From the NCBI GenBank assembly GCA_963675245.1, contig OY775910.1, positions 640,001 to 704,000 of the forward strand: a stretch of 64,000 nucleotides of DNA, written 5' to 3'. Numbering within the stretch: position 1 is the first letter of the stretch; each line of letters begins with the position of its first letter. A program made the position numbers and the translations under genes. The stretch comes from Acholeplasmataceae bacterium. GTDB lineage: Bacteria; Bacillota_I; Bacilli_A; Acholeplasmatales; Acholeplasmataceae. This document shows, one piece after another, positions 28,945 to 38,477 of the stretch. A model generated the notes under the pieces. It saw only the letters and a program-made list of their open reading frames with translations. It was not told the origin of the DNA and ran no database searches.

Positions 28945-31050
28945 CTATTGGTTTAAGAGCGCATTTAGTTCTTTCAATTTATCTTTGGTAGATAGTAGAT
29001 AATCGCTATACATTTTGTACGTTCTAATATATTCATATAAATCAACATCCACGGTTGCAGATGTCGGATATACTTTGCTCGGTTGACGTAACGAATAAAA
29101 GTATTGATCTGTAACAACATCTAAGAGTCTATTATCTAAAACAAAAGTTGGTTCAGTGGATAATACGTTCACGCCAAAGTATGCATCATTGCCTACTGGC
29201 ATATCAAACAATTCAACCATTGTGCGATATAAATCAATAGGTGATCTAGCCCTTTCTTGATCTCCAACCAACATGCCTTTTCTTAATGAATAGTCACCAT
29301 AATCAACATACTCATCATTACTTGGGACATATATAAACGCTAATGTTTGTTGGAGAATTTGTCTTTCTTCCAACTCACTTAGTTCTTTATCAAGTAGTAT
29401 ATCCAAATCACCATTTTTCAATCCCGAACCATGGTCACTATAAAATATATAAGCTGTATCGCTGATTGTTTGATCCGTTCCATCTTCGGCAATAAAGAAG
29501 CGTTTAATCGTTTCGCTATAGTAGTTTGCATAGTTAAGATACTTGAGCGTAATTTCGTGTATATAAGGTGCATAGTTTGGATAAATAGATGTCATTGAAC
29601 CATAAGGTCCAAAATCAAACGGAGTATGCCCCATCATATAAATAGGGAATAGCATGAATGGATTTGTCATGCTGTTTCCAAGTGTCGCTGTGCAATCTCC
29701 TAAATAATAATCACTTACCCAAGGACTAACATGCGTTAGCTGATTTTCTTCATCATATAGATAACCTTGATTGATATCGTATCCATCCTCCATGAAATCT
29801 TCTAGTGAATATGAACGACTAAAATTATAGAAATTAGGATAAACGACATTACGATTATAGAACGTTTCATGATCTCCGTGAATCGATTCTGTATAGTAGC
29901 TTTCTAGTGTTAAGTATTGTGGAATCGATGGTAACTCATAAACTATGTCGCTATAATCCCAATATAGTGTTTTATCTCCTTGTGGATTCAAACCTGTAAG
30001 AACAGAAAACTCAGCGTCTGAACTTACACCCATACCAACGTTAGCGTAATAATTAGAAAGCACATAACTCTCGTTAAGTAGGTTATTTAAAAAGCTCATT
30101 TGAGCATTTGTATATTGATTTTGTAGTAAGAAATAGTTAAACGATTCTAAGTGAATTAGTACAAGATTTTTATCTTTCAATATACCTTGTAATTCATCGC
30201 CATTTTGAAGAGATGGATCAATATAATCAATATCTGCTTGATTCATCGTTAATCGATTTGAATAGGTTATACCGTCAATGGGATTTACATAACTAGAAAC
30301 ATTTTTATTATATATATTCATATATGATAATGCGTCTTCATCTGTCTTTATATTCAAAGCATCTTCTGAATTTATTTTAGTTTTTATGCCTAAAAACTCT
30401 TTTATATAATATGGATAAACACCATAGTTTTGAACTGAGTAACTGGATACTGCAGATTGAATGGGCATATCTGAATTAACTTGGACTGTAAATGTAATGG
30501 ATGTGGCAACCATCACAACCAATACAGCAATCAATTGTGTTAACACTCTTTTGTAATTGAATTTAAATCTCAACCCTTTCATTTGTTTAAAGGAAATAGC
30601 TGTCCAAATAGTTAAGGTGAAAAATGGAATAAATACTACAATTCGATAATAGCTAATCAGTTCTCTAAAAGCCTCTATTGCTGTTTGTCCAGCAAAACCA
30701 CCGGTTGGATTATTGAATAAATTTAGCATATCTACAGCAAATGCTGTACCATAATATAAATTAAATATACCTAACACAAATATAAATGAATTGAGAATAA
30801 GTGTAAATACTATCAATATCACCATTCTAGCTCGCATGGATTTAATTACCAGTGAGACAATTAAGATGATAAAAATAAGTGCCCCTACATTGCCAATGAT
30901 AGCCGTTAATTCACCAATAAACGTATGAGAAAAAGGCGCAATATATTTATTTAGCGCACTTGATGTTAAAAAGTATGTGTTTAAAACATTTAAAGCAATG
31001 AATAATACAATGAATATCGTATATGCATAATCTCTTGTTGTTTTCTTCAT
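28945..31050 (-). CDS. LtaS-family (alkaline phosphatase/sulfatase superfamily) membrane phosphoglycerol transferase
   Basis: 5 TM N-terminus; HLESF, GVSSDAEF, IHGD..FYNR, GHTPF, YSDHG metal-ligand motifs. Confidence 0.85.
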   Translation of the reverse strand: MKKTTRDYAYTIFIVLFIALNVLNTYFLTSSALNKYIAPFSHTFIGELTAIIGNVGALIFIILIVSLVIKSMRARMVILIVFTLILNSFIFVLGIFNLYYGTAFAVDMLNLFNNPTGGFAGQTAIEAFRELISYYRIVVFIPFFTLTIWTAISFKQMKGLRFKFNYKRVLTQLIAVLVVMVATSITFTVQVNSDMPIQSAVSSYSVQNYGVYPYYIKEFLGIKTKINSEDALNIKTDEDALSYMNIYNKNVSSYVNPIDGITYSNRLTMNQADIDYIDPSLQNGDELQGILKDKNLVLIHLESFNYFLLQNQYTNAQMSFLNNLLNESYVLSNYYANVGMGVSSDAEFSVLTGLNPQGDKTLYWDYSDIVYELPSIPQYLTLESYYTESIHGDHETFYNRNVVYPNFYNFSRSYSLEDFMEDGYDINQGYLYDEENQLTHVSPWVSDYYLGDCTATLGNSMTNPFMLFPIYMMGHTPFDFGPYGSMTSIYPNYAPYIHEITLKYLNYANYYSETIKRFFIAEDGTDQTISDTAYIFYSDHGSGLKNGDLDILLDKELSELEERQILQQTLAFIYVPSNDEYVDYGDYSLRKGMLVGDQERARSPIDLYRTMVELFDMPVGNDAYFGVNVLSTEPTFVLDNRLLDVVTDQYFYSLRQPSKVYPTSATVDVDLYEYIRTYKMYSDYLLSTKDKLKELNALLNQ

Positions 31051-31071
31051 GTTATCGTGCCTTTCTATCGT

Positions 31072-31647
31072 TTAAAGCTGCTTCCTCATGATTGCACATG
31101 TTTCAAATTCCTTATGTACATCAAATCCTTGTTTTTCAAACATCAGTTTATAACCGTGATAATTCATATAACAATCTTGGTGTCCGGTATCTGGGTAGGC
31201 TTCAATATATTGATATCCTTCTTTTCTCGCTTCTTCAATTGCATGTGTTAGTAGTGCGGTTGCGATGCCTTTATGACGATAATGAGGAGAAACTACAAAA
31301 CAAGCAATGGATTTTATATGCTCATCTTCGCTTGTGGAGACATCAACATCTGAAAATAATCTTACATATTTTTGTTTTTTATTGGAACTAATCCAACCAA
31401 TCATTTGTTCGTTTTCATATGCTAAATAGCCTTGTAGTAATTGACTTTTAACATATTCAGCAGCTTTACTTCTTGTGTAGTTAGCATCATAATTCGTTTT
31501 TTTAAACGCGTCTAATTCGTTTTTACCAAAATGATTAAATGTACAATAACATCCCGCCCAATCTGGATGATCGCTAAAAGCAACTTCATCAAAAAACGTT
31601 AAATAATCGTCTAACGATTCTTCATTTAATGGTTTAAATATCAACAT
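31072..31647 (-). CDS. GNAT-family acetyltransferase
   Basis: W..CYC, IACFVVSPHYRHKGIA, IEAYP, YHG...MFEKQGF. Confidence 0.85.
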   Translation of the reverse strand: MLIFKPLNEESLDDYLTFFDEVAFSDHPDWAGCYCTFNHFGKNELDAFKKTNYDANYTRSKAAEYVKSQLLQGYLAYENEQMIGWISSNKKQKYVRLFSDVDVSTSEDEHIKSIACFVVSPHYRHKGIATALLTHAIEEARKEGYQYIEAYPDTGHQDCYMNYHGYKLMFEKQGFDVHKEFETCAIMRKQL

Positions 31648-31705
31648 ATGACCATCTCCAATCTATATGTTCATATTTTACCATATCAATATACCTATAT
31701 TGAGG

Positions 31706-31738
31706 AAAGAAAACGCGATCTATTTCAATCGCGTTTTT
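31706..31738 (-). terminator. Terminator after the dikinase gene
   Basis: AAAACGCGAT(31710-19)/ATCGCGTTTT(31728-37). Confidence 0.7.
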
Positions 31739-31742
31739 CGTG

Positions 31743-34130
31743 CTATATTTTGGCTGTTTCTACGATAACTACTGTTCCACTTTCACCATCAATAGAAAGC
31801 GTATCTCCTGTTTGAATTTTTCTTGTCGCGAAATCAATGTTAGATACTGTTGGAAGTGCATATTCCCTAGCGACTACTGCACCATGCGATAATGCGCTAC
31901 CTACTTCTGTGACTAAACCACCAATAACTGCATAATATGGTGACCAACCAATATCTGTGTATCCCGCAACCATGATTTCACCAGGTTTTAGTTTTTTAGC
32001 ATCTTCAATCGACTCAATTACGCGTGCGACGCCAACCACTTTGCCTCTCGATAGCGGTGTTCCTTGTAGCTTTGAACCCATACCGCTTAATTCTTGTGTG
32101 ATATCAATTGGTTTAGGTTTTCCTAAGTAAACATGATTGAATCTCAATTGTTCTTGTTCTTTTAGTAGTCTTCTTCTTATACCGCTCTTTTTAACATAAA
32201 GTGGATCTTTATTGAAAATGAGATTTCCTAACTCACGATGTGTTAAGAAATAAATTAAATCTGTTTCAGGGAGTGCGCCTTGATCAACTAGCATTTGTGC
32301 AAGTTTTCTATACGCTTGTTTGAATTTATCTACAACGAGAATCATACGTGACTTTGAAAACTCTCTGTTTCTGCATCCATTCCTTGCTTCGTTAATTAAA
32401 TATTTAAGTGCTGATCTTTTCATTCCCTTATAGGGTTCTAATATACTCTCGATAGCTTGTTTAGATGTGTTGGCTTCTTTTTCTTTTTCGACGCCTTTTG
32501 TTTGTAATACAGATTGTAAATACGCCATTAATCCTAGTTCATCATCTTTCCAACCAACATTTCTTAATTCAGATTCTCTAATAGATCTATGACCGTGTTT
32601 GGCTAGAAACTCATTTAAACTTTCTGTCACACTTGCTGGCGCATTTTTCATATAGATTGCAAGTGCGTTGACATCCATGTCCGTAACTTTAGGATTGTCA
32701 GAAAACATGGCTCTCGCGATTTTTCTTAATGATCTTAAAATATCAACACTTTCAATATCATCAATATCTTCTAAAACACTAGTTAATTTAGATTTAACAA
32801 CATCTTGATCTTTGATATCTTCAGATAGTATGTAATAAATCGCGGAAGACATCGCACCTGAATGAGATGATGTCATATAGTGATACGATAAGGTTTTATT
32901 TAAATATTTAGTGTTGTATGTAATTGATTCATATAATGATTCTATGCTTGATTCATCAAATTTAATCTTATTGGCCACTTTAGCGACACGACGTCTCGCT
33001 TTATTCTTAGACATCATGTATTTTGCATAACGAATGCCATTAATTAATTTTGTTAATTTTCCTTTTTCTTGATAATCGTCAATTTGTTCAGATTCTAAGA
33101 CTTTTCCACAAATACCAATATCTACATTTTCTTTTTTAGCTCCTAATACAGCTTTGGCTATGCGATAAAGATATCTCATATTAAAGAATAAATGCCCTTG
33201 ATAGTGGCTTATCAGTAATTCTTCAGGTATTTTCGTTATATCCTTGTACATGCCTATTTTAACGAGCATGTCTCTTAAACCGTAATCGATAGCATATACA
33301 ACCGTCGAGATCGTTAGCGGTGTAATCGCGCCTGGTAACATTTCACCCACGTTGTGATTAGTAATCACATCTTGATCGACTTGAAAGTTTGTATCAATTT
33401 CATCGATTGTTGGATCGTTAAGTGTTGTAATTGGTCTCGCTTGTAGCCAAACAACACTATTGTTCTGGTTGATAGCCCATTCTAGATCCATTGGTGTGGA
33501 CCATGTTTTCTCAGCTTTAATCGCCCCATGGTATAGTGCTTTGATTTGACCTTCAGTTAGCAATCCATCTTGTTCATATATGAGTTTTTTTCTGTTAAGT
33601 TTATATGATTTAGCTTGTTTTGTCCCATCTACTAATGCATTACCCAACCCCTCAACTGCTTCAATGACAACGTTTGATTCACGCGTGAGTGGATCCATTG
33701 AGAAAATAACACCAGCTGCTTTAGCTTCAACCATTTCTTGAATAACAAGGTTCATGTCACTTTGTCCTTGCGTGAAAAAAGCACGATATTTTTGGATTGT
33801 AGATTGATTTAGACTTGCTAGACAACCTTCAACCGCTTTTAAAAACGTGCTTTCATTATCAATATTTAAATAACTTTCATATTGGCCAGCAGAAGAAAAA
33901 TCTAGGCCATCTTCTAAGGTTGCTGAAGATCTTACAGCAACTTTTTTTAATCCTGATTGTTTCCAAAAAGAAACAAGTTCATTAATTTCTTCATCCGTTT
34001 TAACATCTGTAGCTACAAAACCTTTTGCTACGTCAAAACGTGCTTTATTGAGCTGATAAAGCCCTTTTGCTTTTCCGCCTACTTCATTAAGTTTGTTTTC
34101 TGGGATTTGATCAAGCCAATAAATGTTCAT
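31743..34130 (-). CDS. PEP-synthase-type dikinase with RPH/PigC/YvkC architecture (ATP-grasp, substrate domain, C-terminal swivel His domain)
   Basis: VGGKA, AVRSSA.LED..SSAGQY, VIQEMV, DLEWA, LQARPIT, NVGEMLPG, HGHR...E, TDIGWSPY, GSALSHGAVVAREY; likely start ATG 34130. Confidence 0.88.
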   Translation of the reverse strand: MNIYWLDQIPENKLNEVGGKAKGLYQLNKARFDVAKGFVATDVKTDEEINELVSFWKQSGLKKVAVRSSATLEDGLDFSSAGQYESYLNIDNESTFLKAVEGCLASLNQSTIQKYRAFFTQGQSDMNLVIQEMVEAKAAGVIFSMDPLTRESNVVIEAVEGLGNALVDGTKQAKSYKLNRKKLIYEQDGLLTEGQIKALYHGAIKAEKTWSTPMDLEWAINQNNSVVWLQARPITTLNDPTIDEIDTNFQVDQDVITNHNVGEMLPGAITPLTISTVVYAIDYGLRDMLVKIGMYKDITKIPEELLISHYQGHLFFNMRYLYRIAKAVLGAKKENVDIGICGKVLESEQIDDYQEKGKLTKLINGIRYAKYMMSKNKARRRVAKVANKIKFDESSIESLYESITYNTKYLNKTLSYHYMTSSHSGAMSSAIYYILSEDIKDQDVVKSKLTSVLEDIDDIESVDILRSLRKIARAMFSDNPKVTDMDVNALAIYMKNAPASVTESLNEFLAKHGHRSIRESELRNVGWKDDELGLMAYLQSVLQTKGVEKEKEANTSKQAIESILEPYKGMKRSALKYLINEARNGCRNREFSKSRMILVVDKFKQAYRKLAQMLVDQGALPETDLIYFLTHRELGNLIFNKDPLYVKKSGIRRRLLKEQEQLRFNHVYLGKPKPIDITQELSGMGSKLQGTPLSRGKVVGVARVIESIEDAKKLKPGEIMVAGYTDIGWSPYYAVIGGLVTEVGSALSHGAVVAREYALPTVSNIDFATRKIQTGDTLSIDGESGTVVIVETAKI

Positions 34131-34167
34131 CGTTAGTAATAGGCAAAAGCCTTTCCTTCCTAGAAAA

Positions 34168-35217
34168 TTATGTCGTCCATCGCTTTTTATCTTTGTTAAA
34201 TCCAAATTCTAAAATACCACGCGCTGGATATCCATTAATGTCAAACGTGCCAATTCCTTCACAGATTGTATAATTACCATTATCAAAAGGAAATTTAATT
34301 TCTAGTTCTTTGATTGCGTCTATATGAAATGCGAGTCCATTTTCTAATATGATATCATACTTTAGTTCTTTTGGAACATTTCCTGTCAATTCAAACGATT
34401 CTAGCGATGAGAATATTTCAATGTTGTTGACTTTACCTTTATTTTCATAGTAACCTGTTTTTAAATTTTTCATATGAGGATAACTCACCATGTTGACGTT
34501 CAAAGATTCTTCATCACCCATAAGTGCCATCAACCACATATGACGATCCATGTAGTTCCAGTCTCTTCGACCAAATGAATGATCTCTCATGGCGGTCAAC
34601 GTCAATCTTTCTTTTGACCCTTCAATATCTATATCAACTGTCACTATTCCTTGTTGTTCATAATGTCTTTGTTGATTTTCTTTCATGTTTTTTTGAAATG
34701 TTTTATCCCATGTTTCATTAGCAAGTGTTTTGGCCATAAGTTTAGGGTTTAAATGGTATGTAAAATCAAATATTTCAGAAGTAGCTTCAAATATCATTTC
34801 AATGTTAGCTTTCAAAGCTTTTCCAGACACTTTTGCAATACCTTTATTATCAGTTTCTGCTTTATATATATCACCCTTATAAGAAGCCTTCCATGTTTTC
34901 GCTGTTTCTACACATTGAACGGTAACTGGCGCTTTATAGAGCGGATATACTTGCTCTTTATTCGTATAAATTACATCATTTTTCTTATAGGCAACCCAAA
35001 CTTCAATCGTTTGATCACCTCTTTCAGCACGCCTTAAAAACACGCTATTCCCTTTTAAGTCGTGAGCGGAAAAGTAATAACTATTTGTGTCTAGCTTTGT
35101 AGACTCTTGTGGTAATTGATGGTGTTCGGCAATTTCAGCGATAAAAGGTTCTTTTTTATTCTTTTTCTTAATTGAATGTACCATAATCGCTTCTTTTAAA
35201 CGTCTTTTTAAACTCAT
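34168..35217 (-). CDS. Hypothetical protein, AttH/tocopherol-cyclase/DUF7064-like beta-barrel
   Basis: NSYYF, HYEQQG, MRDHSFGRRDW, GILEF motifs typical of this fold family; identified by eye. Confidence 0.6.
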   Translation of the reverse strand: MSLKRRLKEAIMVHSIKKKNKKEPFIAEIAEHHQLPQESTKLDTNSYYFSAHDLKGNSVFLRRAERGDQTIEVWVAYKKNDVIYTNKEQVYPLYKAPVTVQCVETAKTWKASYKGDIYKAETDNKGIAKVSGKALKANIEMIFEATSEIFDFTYHLNPKLMAKTLANETWDKTFQKNMKENQQRHYEQQGIVTVDIDIEGSKERLTLTAMRDHSFGRRDWNYMDRHMWLMALMGDEESLNVNMVSYPHMKNLKTGYYENKGKVNNIEIFSSLESFELTGNVPKELKYDIILENGLAFHIDAIKELEIKFPFDNGNYTICEGIGTFDINGYPARGILEFGFNKDKKRWTT

Positions 35218-35234
35218 AAAGTGGCCTCTTTCTA

Positions 35235-35972
35235 TTAATTATAAGTTAACGCAGGTTGATTGTAAAGTCTTGGTTGAATAACAGTTGATAACGATTGATA
35301 TTTTGCAATAATGCTTTTTACAATTAATTTTTCGCCAAATATTGAAGGATGTATACCATCAAGACAAATGAGTTCATTTAATTTATCGCCGTTTTCTAAG
35401 AAAACCTTACGAATATCAATTAAATCCACGCCAACTTCCATTGATACCTCTAAAATAGCTAAATTGTATAATTCATGGAATCTATAAATATGCTCAACAT
35501 CCCCTAAGAAAAATAAAATATTATCTGCGTTTCTTCCTTTAGAAACAATCCATTTAAAATATTTTTGTGCATCTAAGGTAGGTAATGTCATTAAAATTGG
35601 GTGCATGCCTTTAGATCTAATCGTGCTGACCATATCTATCAAATGCTCTTTAAAAACCTCTGGTGTCACCTTTGGTAAGTGTTTTTTTGATTTTTTCTTT
35701 GAAACTTTATCCCAATCAAAATCACAATCATTCCCACCAAACTCTATTAATACTGAATCCGCATCAGCGTTTTGAGATAAATATCTATCCAACCTTTTCT
35801 TGCCATCTTTAATGGTCGCTCCCATTTTTGCATGGTTATCAATGCCAATATTTAAGACACGTTCTATTTTTTTCCAATTAATCGCTGTTGAAAATGTGTA
35901 TTTACCTTTTTTTTCATCATAGATAACCCCACGCATAACGGAATCACCAAATATCGCTAGTTTTTTTGTCAT
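35235..35972 (-). CDS. SGNH/GDSL hydrolase
   Basis: FGDS block I, G block II, EFGGND block III, DGIHP block V. Confidence 0.9.
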   Translation of the reverse strand: MTKKLAIFGDSVMRGVIYDEKKGKYTFSTAINWKKIERVLNIGIDNHAKMGATIKDGKKRLDRYLSQNADADSVLIEFGGNDCDFDWDKVSKKKSKKHLPKVTPEVFKEHLIDMVSTIRSKGMHPILMTLPTLDAQKYFKWIVSKGRNADNILFFLGDVEHIYRFHELYNLAILEVSMEVGVDLIDIRKVFLENGDKLNELICLDGIHPSIFGEKLIVKSIIAKYQSLSTVIQPRLYNQPALTYN

Positions 35973-36043
35973 ATAACTACCCTCCTGTTACTTCCATCTT
36001 ATTACATGTGCGCTCAAATGGCTCTCTACGGCCTTGTTTTGAG

Positions 36044-36095
36044 ATTATACTGCTCAGTATGCTCAGAGTAGAGTGTTTTATAATCACTCTACTCT
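36044..36095. promoter_or_regulatory. Divergent promoter region with two inverted repeats (candidate operators)
   Basis: ATACTG-CT-CAGTAT (36047-60) over a minus-strand TATAAT (36044-49); AGAGTAGAGTG-N9-CACTCTACTCT (36065-95) enclosing a plus-strand TATAAT (36079-84). Confidence 0.6.
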
Positions 36096-36140
36096 CGGTA
36101 GATATTATGTTTTTTCGATATATAGTGGTAAAATAGTGGT

Positions 36141-36758
36141 ATGGAAAAAGAAAAAATAACTCGGGTGATAGCGGCCAATATTCAACGCTATCGAAAATTG
36201 AATGGTTTGACGCAATTAGAACTGGCTAATCAGTTGAATTACTCTGATAAAACAATATCAAAATGGGAACGCGCAGAAGGTGTTCCTGATATATATGTTT
36301 TAGTAGAATTAGCCACATTTTTTGGACTAACTGTTGACGATTTATTGGACGAGAATCCTCCTTTAATTCCAATCAATGCGAAACAAAAAAAGCATCTTAT
36401 GATCACATTAACAGCATTTGCTAGTGTTTGGGTGGTTGCTGTTGCTTTTTATGCGATAGCCATTATGTTATCGTTTAATGTATTCCCTTTATGGATGACA
36501 TTCATTGTTGCTTTACCAATTTCAGCTATCGTTTTGACTGTGTTTACTTCAATATGGACCAGTTATAAGCATATGATTTATCCAGTAACGTTTTTGATTT
36601 GGTCAACAGCACTTTCTTTAACCCTGATTGTTCCAGTACAAAATAGTTATCTATTCTTTATTATTGCAATTCCAGTACAAGTGTTAATTACATTTATTTA
36701 CTTTGTTGTAAGGTATAGAAAAAAAGAAAAACTACTCTTAAAAAAATCAAAAGAATAG
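36141..36758 (+). CDS. XRE-family HTH regulator with 4 C-terminal TM helices
   Basis: LTQLELA..LNYSDKTISKWERAEG.PD followed by four hydrophobic segments. Confidence 0.88.
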   Translation: MEKEKITRVIAANIQRYRKLNGLTQLELANQLNYSDKTISKWERAEGVPDIYVLVELATFFGLTVDDLLDENPPLIPINAKQKKHLMITLTAFASVWVVAVAFYAIAIMLSFNVFPLWMTFIVALPISAIVLTVFTSIWTSYKHMIYPVTFLIWSTALSLTLIVPVQNSYLFFIIAIPVQVLITFIYFVVRYRKKEKLLLKKSKE

Positions 36759-36773
36759 TTCGTTGATAAAATG

Positions 36774-36804
36774 AATAAAACCGCTCAATAAAGCGGTTTT
36801 TTTA
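36774..36804. terminator. Bidirectional terminator between the XRE gene and phnE
   Basis: AAAACCGCT(36777-85)/AGCGGTTTT(36792-800) with A/T tails. Confidence 0.75.
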
Positions 36805-37620
36805 TTAAACTAATTTTGTTCTTAATCTACTTGAGACTGCATCTACAATAAGAACAACCGTTATCAAAGCTACTAAAATGCCTCCCAAGGTTTCCCAACT
36901 TTGGAAATTAATTGATGAAATCATCAGTGTACCTATACCACCGGCACCTATCACACCTAAAACGGTCGCTGATCTTACATTAATATCAAATCTGTATAAT
37001 GCAATTGATGAAAAGTCTGCCATAAGCTGAGGGACAATACCCCATCTTATTTTTTGCATTGTATTAGCCCCAACAGCATCCAAAGCCTCAATAAAACTTC
37101 TGTCCATATTATCAATGGCTTCAGCATATAATTTGCCGATCATTCCTATTGAGTGAATACCAATTGTTAATATACCGGTAAGTGCATTTAAACCAAACCC
37201 TGATAGTAATATAATCGCCAGGATGATTTCTGGAAAAACTCTAATAACAATCAACAGAACTTGTCCTATTTTTGATCCTTTTTTACCACCGATGCTTTCA
37301 CTCGCTAAAAAACCTACTGGAATCGCTAAGACTGCACCAATGAAGGTACCCAAAAATCCTATTGCTACTGTTTCAAACGCTAAATAAAATATGCTTTGAT
37401 TAAATGTATACTGTCCAAAGCCAAACAAATACTCTGGATTAATATCTACTAGTTTTCTGAAAAAAATCTTCATTGTAATTCCGATGCTATCAAATCTCGT
37501 CATATTGATTTGAGACCCTCTAAACGAGAGTACTATAAAAATCAACACAATAATTGCAATGACTACATTATAAATCCATTTTTGAGGTTTTTCTGTTAAT
37601 TTCTGCTCATACTTTGTCAT
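36805..37620 (-). CDS. phnE: Phosphonate-type ABC permease
   Basis: RVFPE, GKLYAEAI, EALDAVGA, INVRSATVLGVIGAGGIG. Confidence 0.88.
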   Translation of the reverse strand: MTKYEQKLTEKPQKWIYNVVIAIIVLIFIVLSFRGSQINMTRFDSIGITMKIFFRKLVDINPEYLFGFGQYTFNQSIFYLAFETVAIGFLGTFIGAVLAIPVGFLASESIGGKKGSKIGQVLLIVIRVFPEIILAIILLSGFGLNALTGILTIGIHSIGMIGKLYAEAIDNMDRSFIEALDAVGANTMQKIRWGIVPQLMADFSSIALYRFDINVRSATVLGVIGAGGIGTLMISSINFQSWETLGGILVALITVVLIVDAVSSRLRTKLV

Positions 37621-38477
37621 GTCAGTTTACCTCTTATCCAATTTGTAATGCCTTGTAGTATAAGAACGACAGCAAACAACAACATTAAAGCTAAACCAAT
37701 AATATGATAACTTGTACCCATGTTTGCGCTAATAACTGTACCTATACCACCAGCACCTACATACCCTAGTATTGTAGAGGCTCTAACATTTACTTCGAAA
37801 ATATATAATAAATAACTAAAGAACATGGGTAATACTTGTGGAAGAATAGCCACCCTAAATGCAACAATCCGATTTGCACCTGAAGACTCTAGTGCTTCAA
37901 ATGGTCCCATATCTACAGTTTCAATAACTTCATAAAACATTTTTACCATTATGCCAAATGTGAAAAGAGCAATAGCGATAGTACCTGAGATAACACCACT
38001 CAATATTCCCCCTCCCAAAGCTTGTACAGCAATGGTCGCTAGAACAACCGCGGGAATTGTTCTAAATATATTCATCAAGAACCTAACCGGAACATATATA
38101 TACTTTGTTTTAATCACGTTTTTGGCTGCTAATACAGCAACTGGAAACGCAAGTACAGATCCGATGACCGTACCCGAAAGACTCATTGACAATGTTTCCG
38201 CCAACGGCCCAATTAATTCATCTATATTACCAAAATATCTAGCCCATTTTTCTCCAACTGAATATCCAATATTTGAAAAAAGAGGATCGGGATATGTAAA
38301 CATCAATCTAAGAACTGTCCCTAACTCACTAAAACTGATATTGATTATCATATTACTGACGAAAGCCAACATTAAAATAAAACCAATAACTAGTGCAAGC
38401 ACGATAGAAAGAACAAGCCATATTTTGCTTGTTGGTTTGGTAACTTGTTTTCCATTAGTGAGACTAAATTGTTTCAT
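37617..38477 (-). CDS. phnE: Phosphonate-type ABC permease
   Basis: RTIP, EALESSGA, EVNVRASTILGYVGAGGIG. Confidence 0.88.
   Translation of the reverse strand: MKQFSLTNGKQVTKPTSKIWLVLSIVLALVIGFILMLAFVSNMIINISFSELGTVLRLMFTYPDPLFSNIGYSVGEKWARYFGNIDELIGPLAETLSMSLSGTVIGSVLAFPVAVLAAKNVIKTKYIYVPVRFLMNIFRTIPAVVLATIAVQALGGGILSGVISGTIAIALFTFGIMVKMFYEVIETVDMGPFEALESSGANRIVAFRVAILPQVLPMFFSYLLYIFEVNVRASTILGYVGAGGIGTVISANMGTSYHIIGLALMLLFAVVLILQGITNWIRGKLT

Noticed and set aside
31743..34130. Annotation as gluconeogenic PEP synthase (ppsA) or as a rifampicin-resistance gene
   Set aside because: His domain is C-terminal and there is no PEP/pyruvate TIM barrel; rifampicin specificity cannot be shown from sequence and I saw no clear rifamycin-associated element
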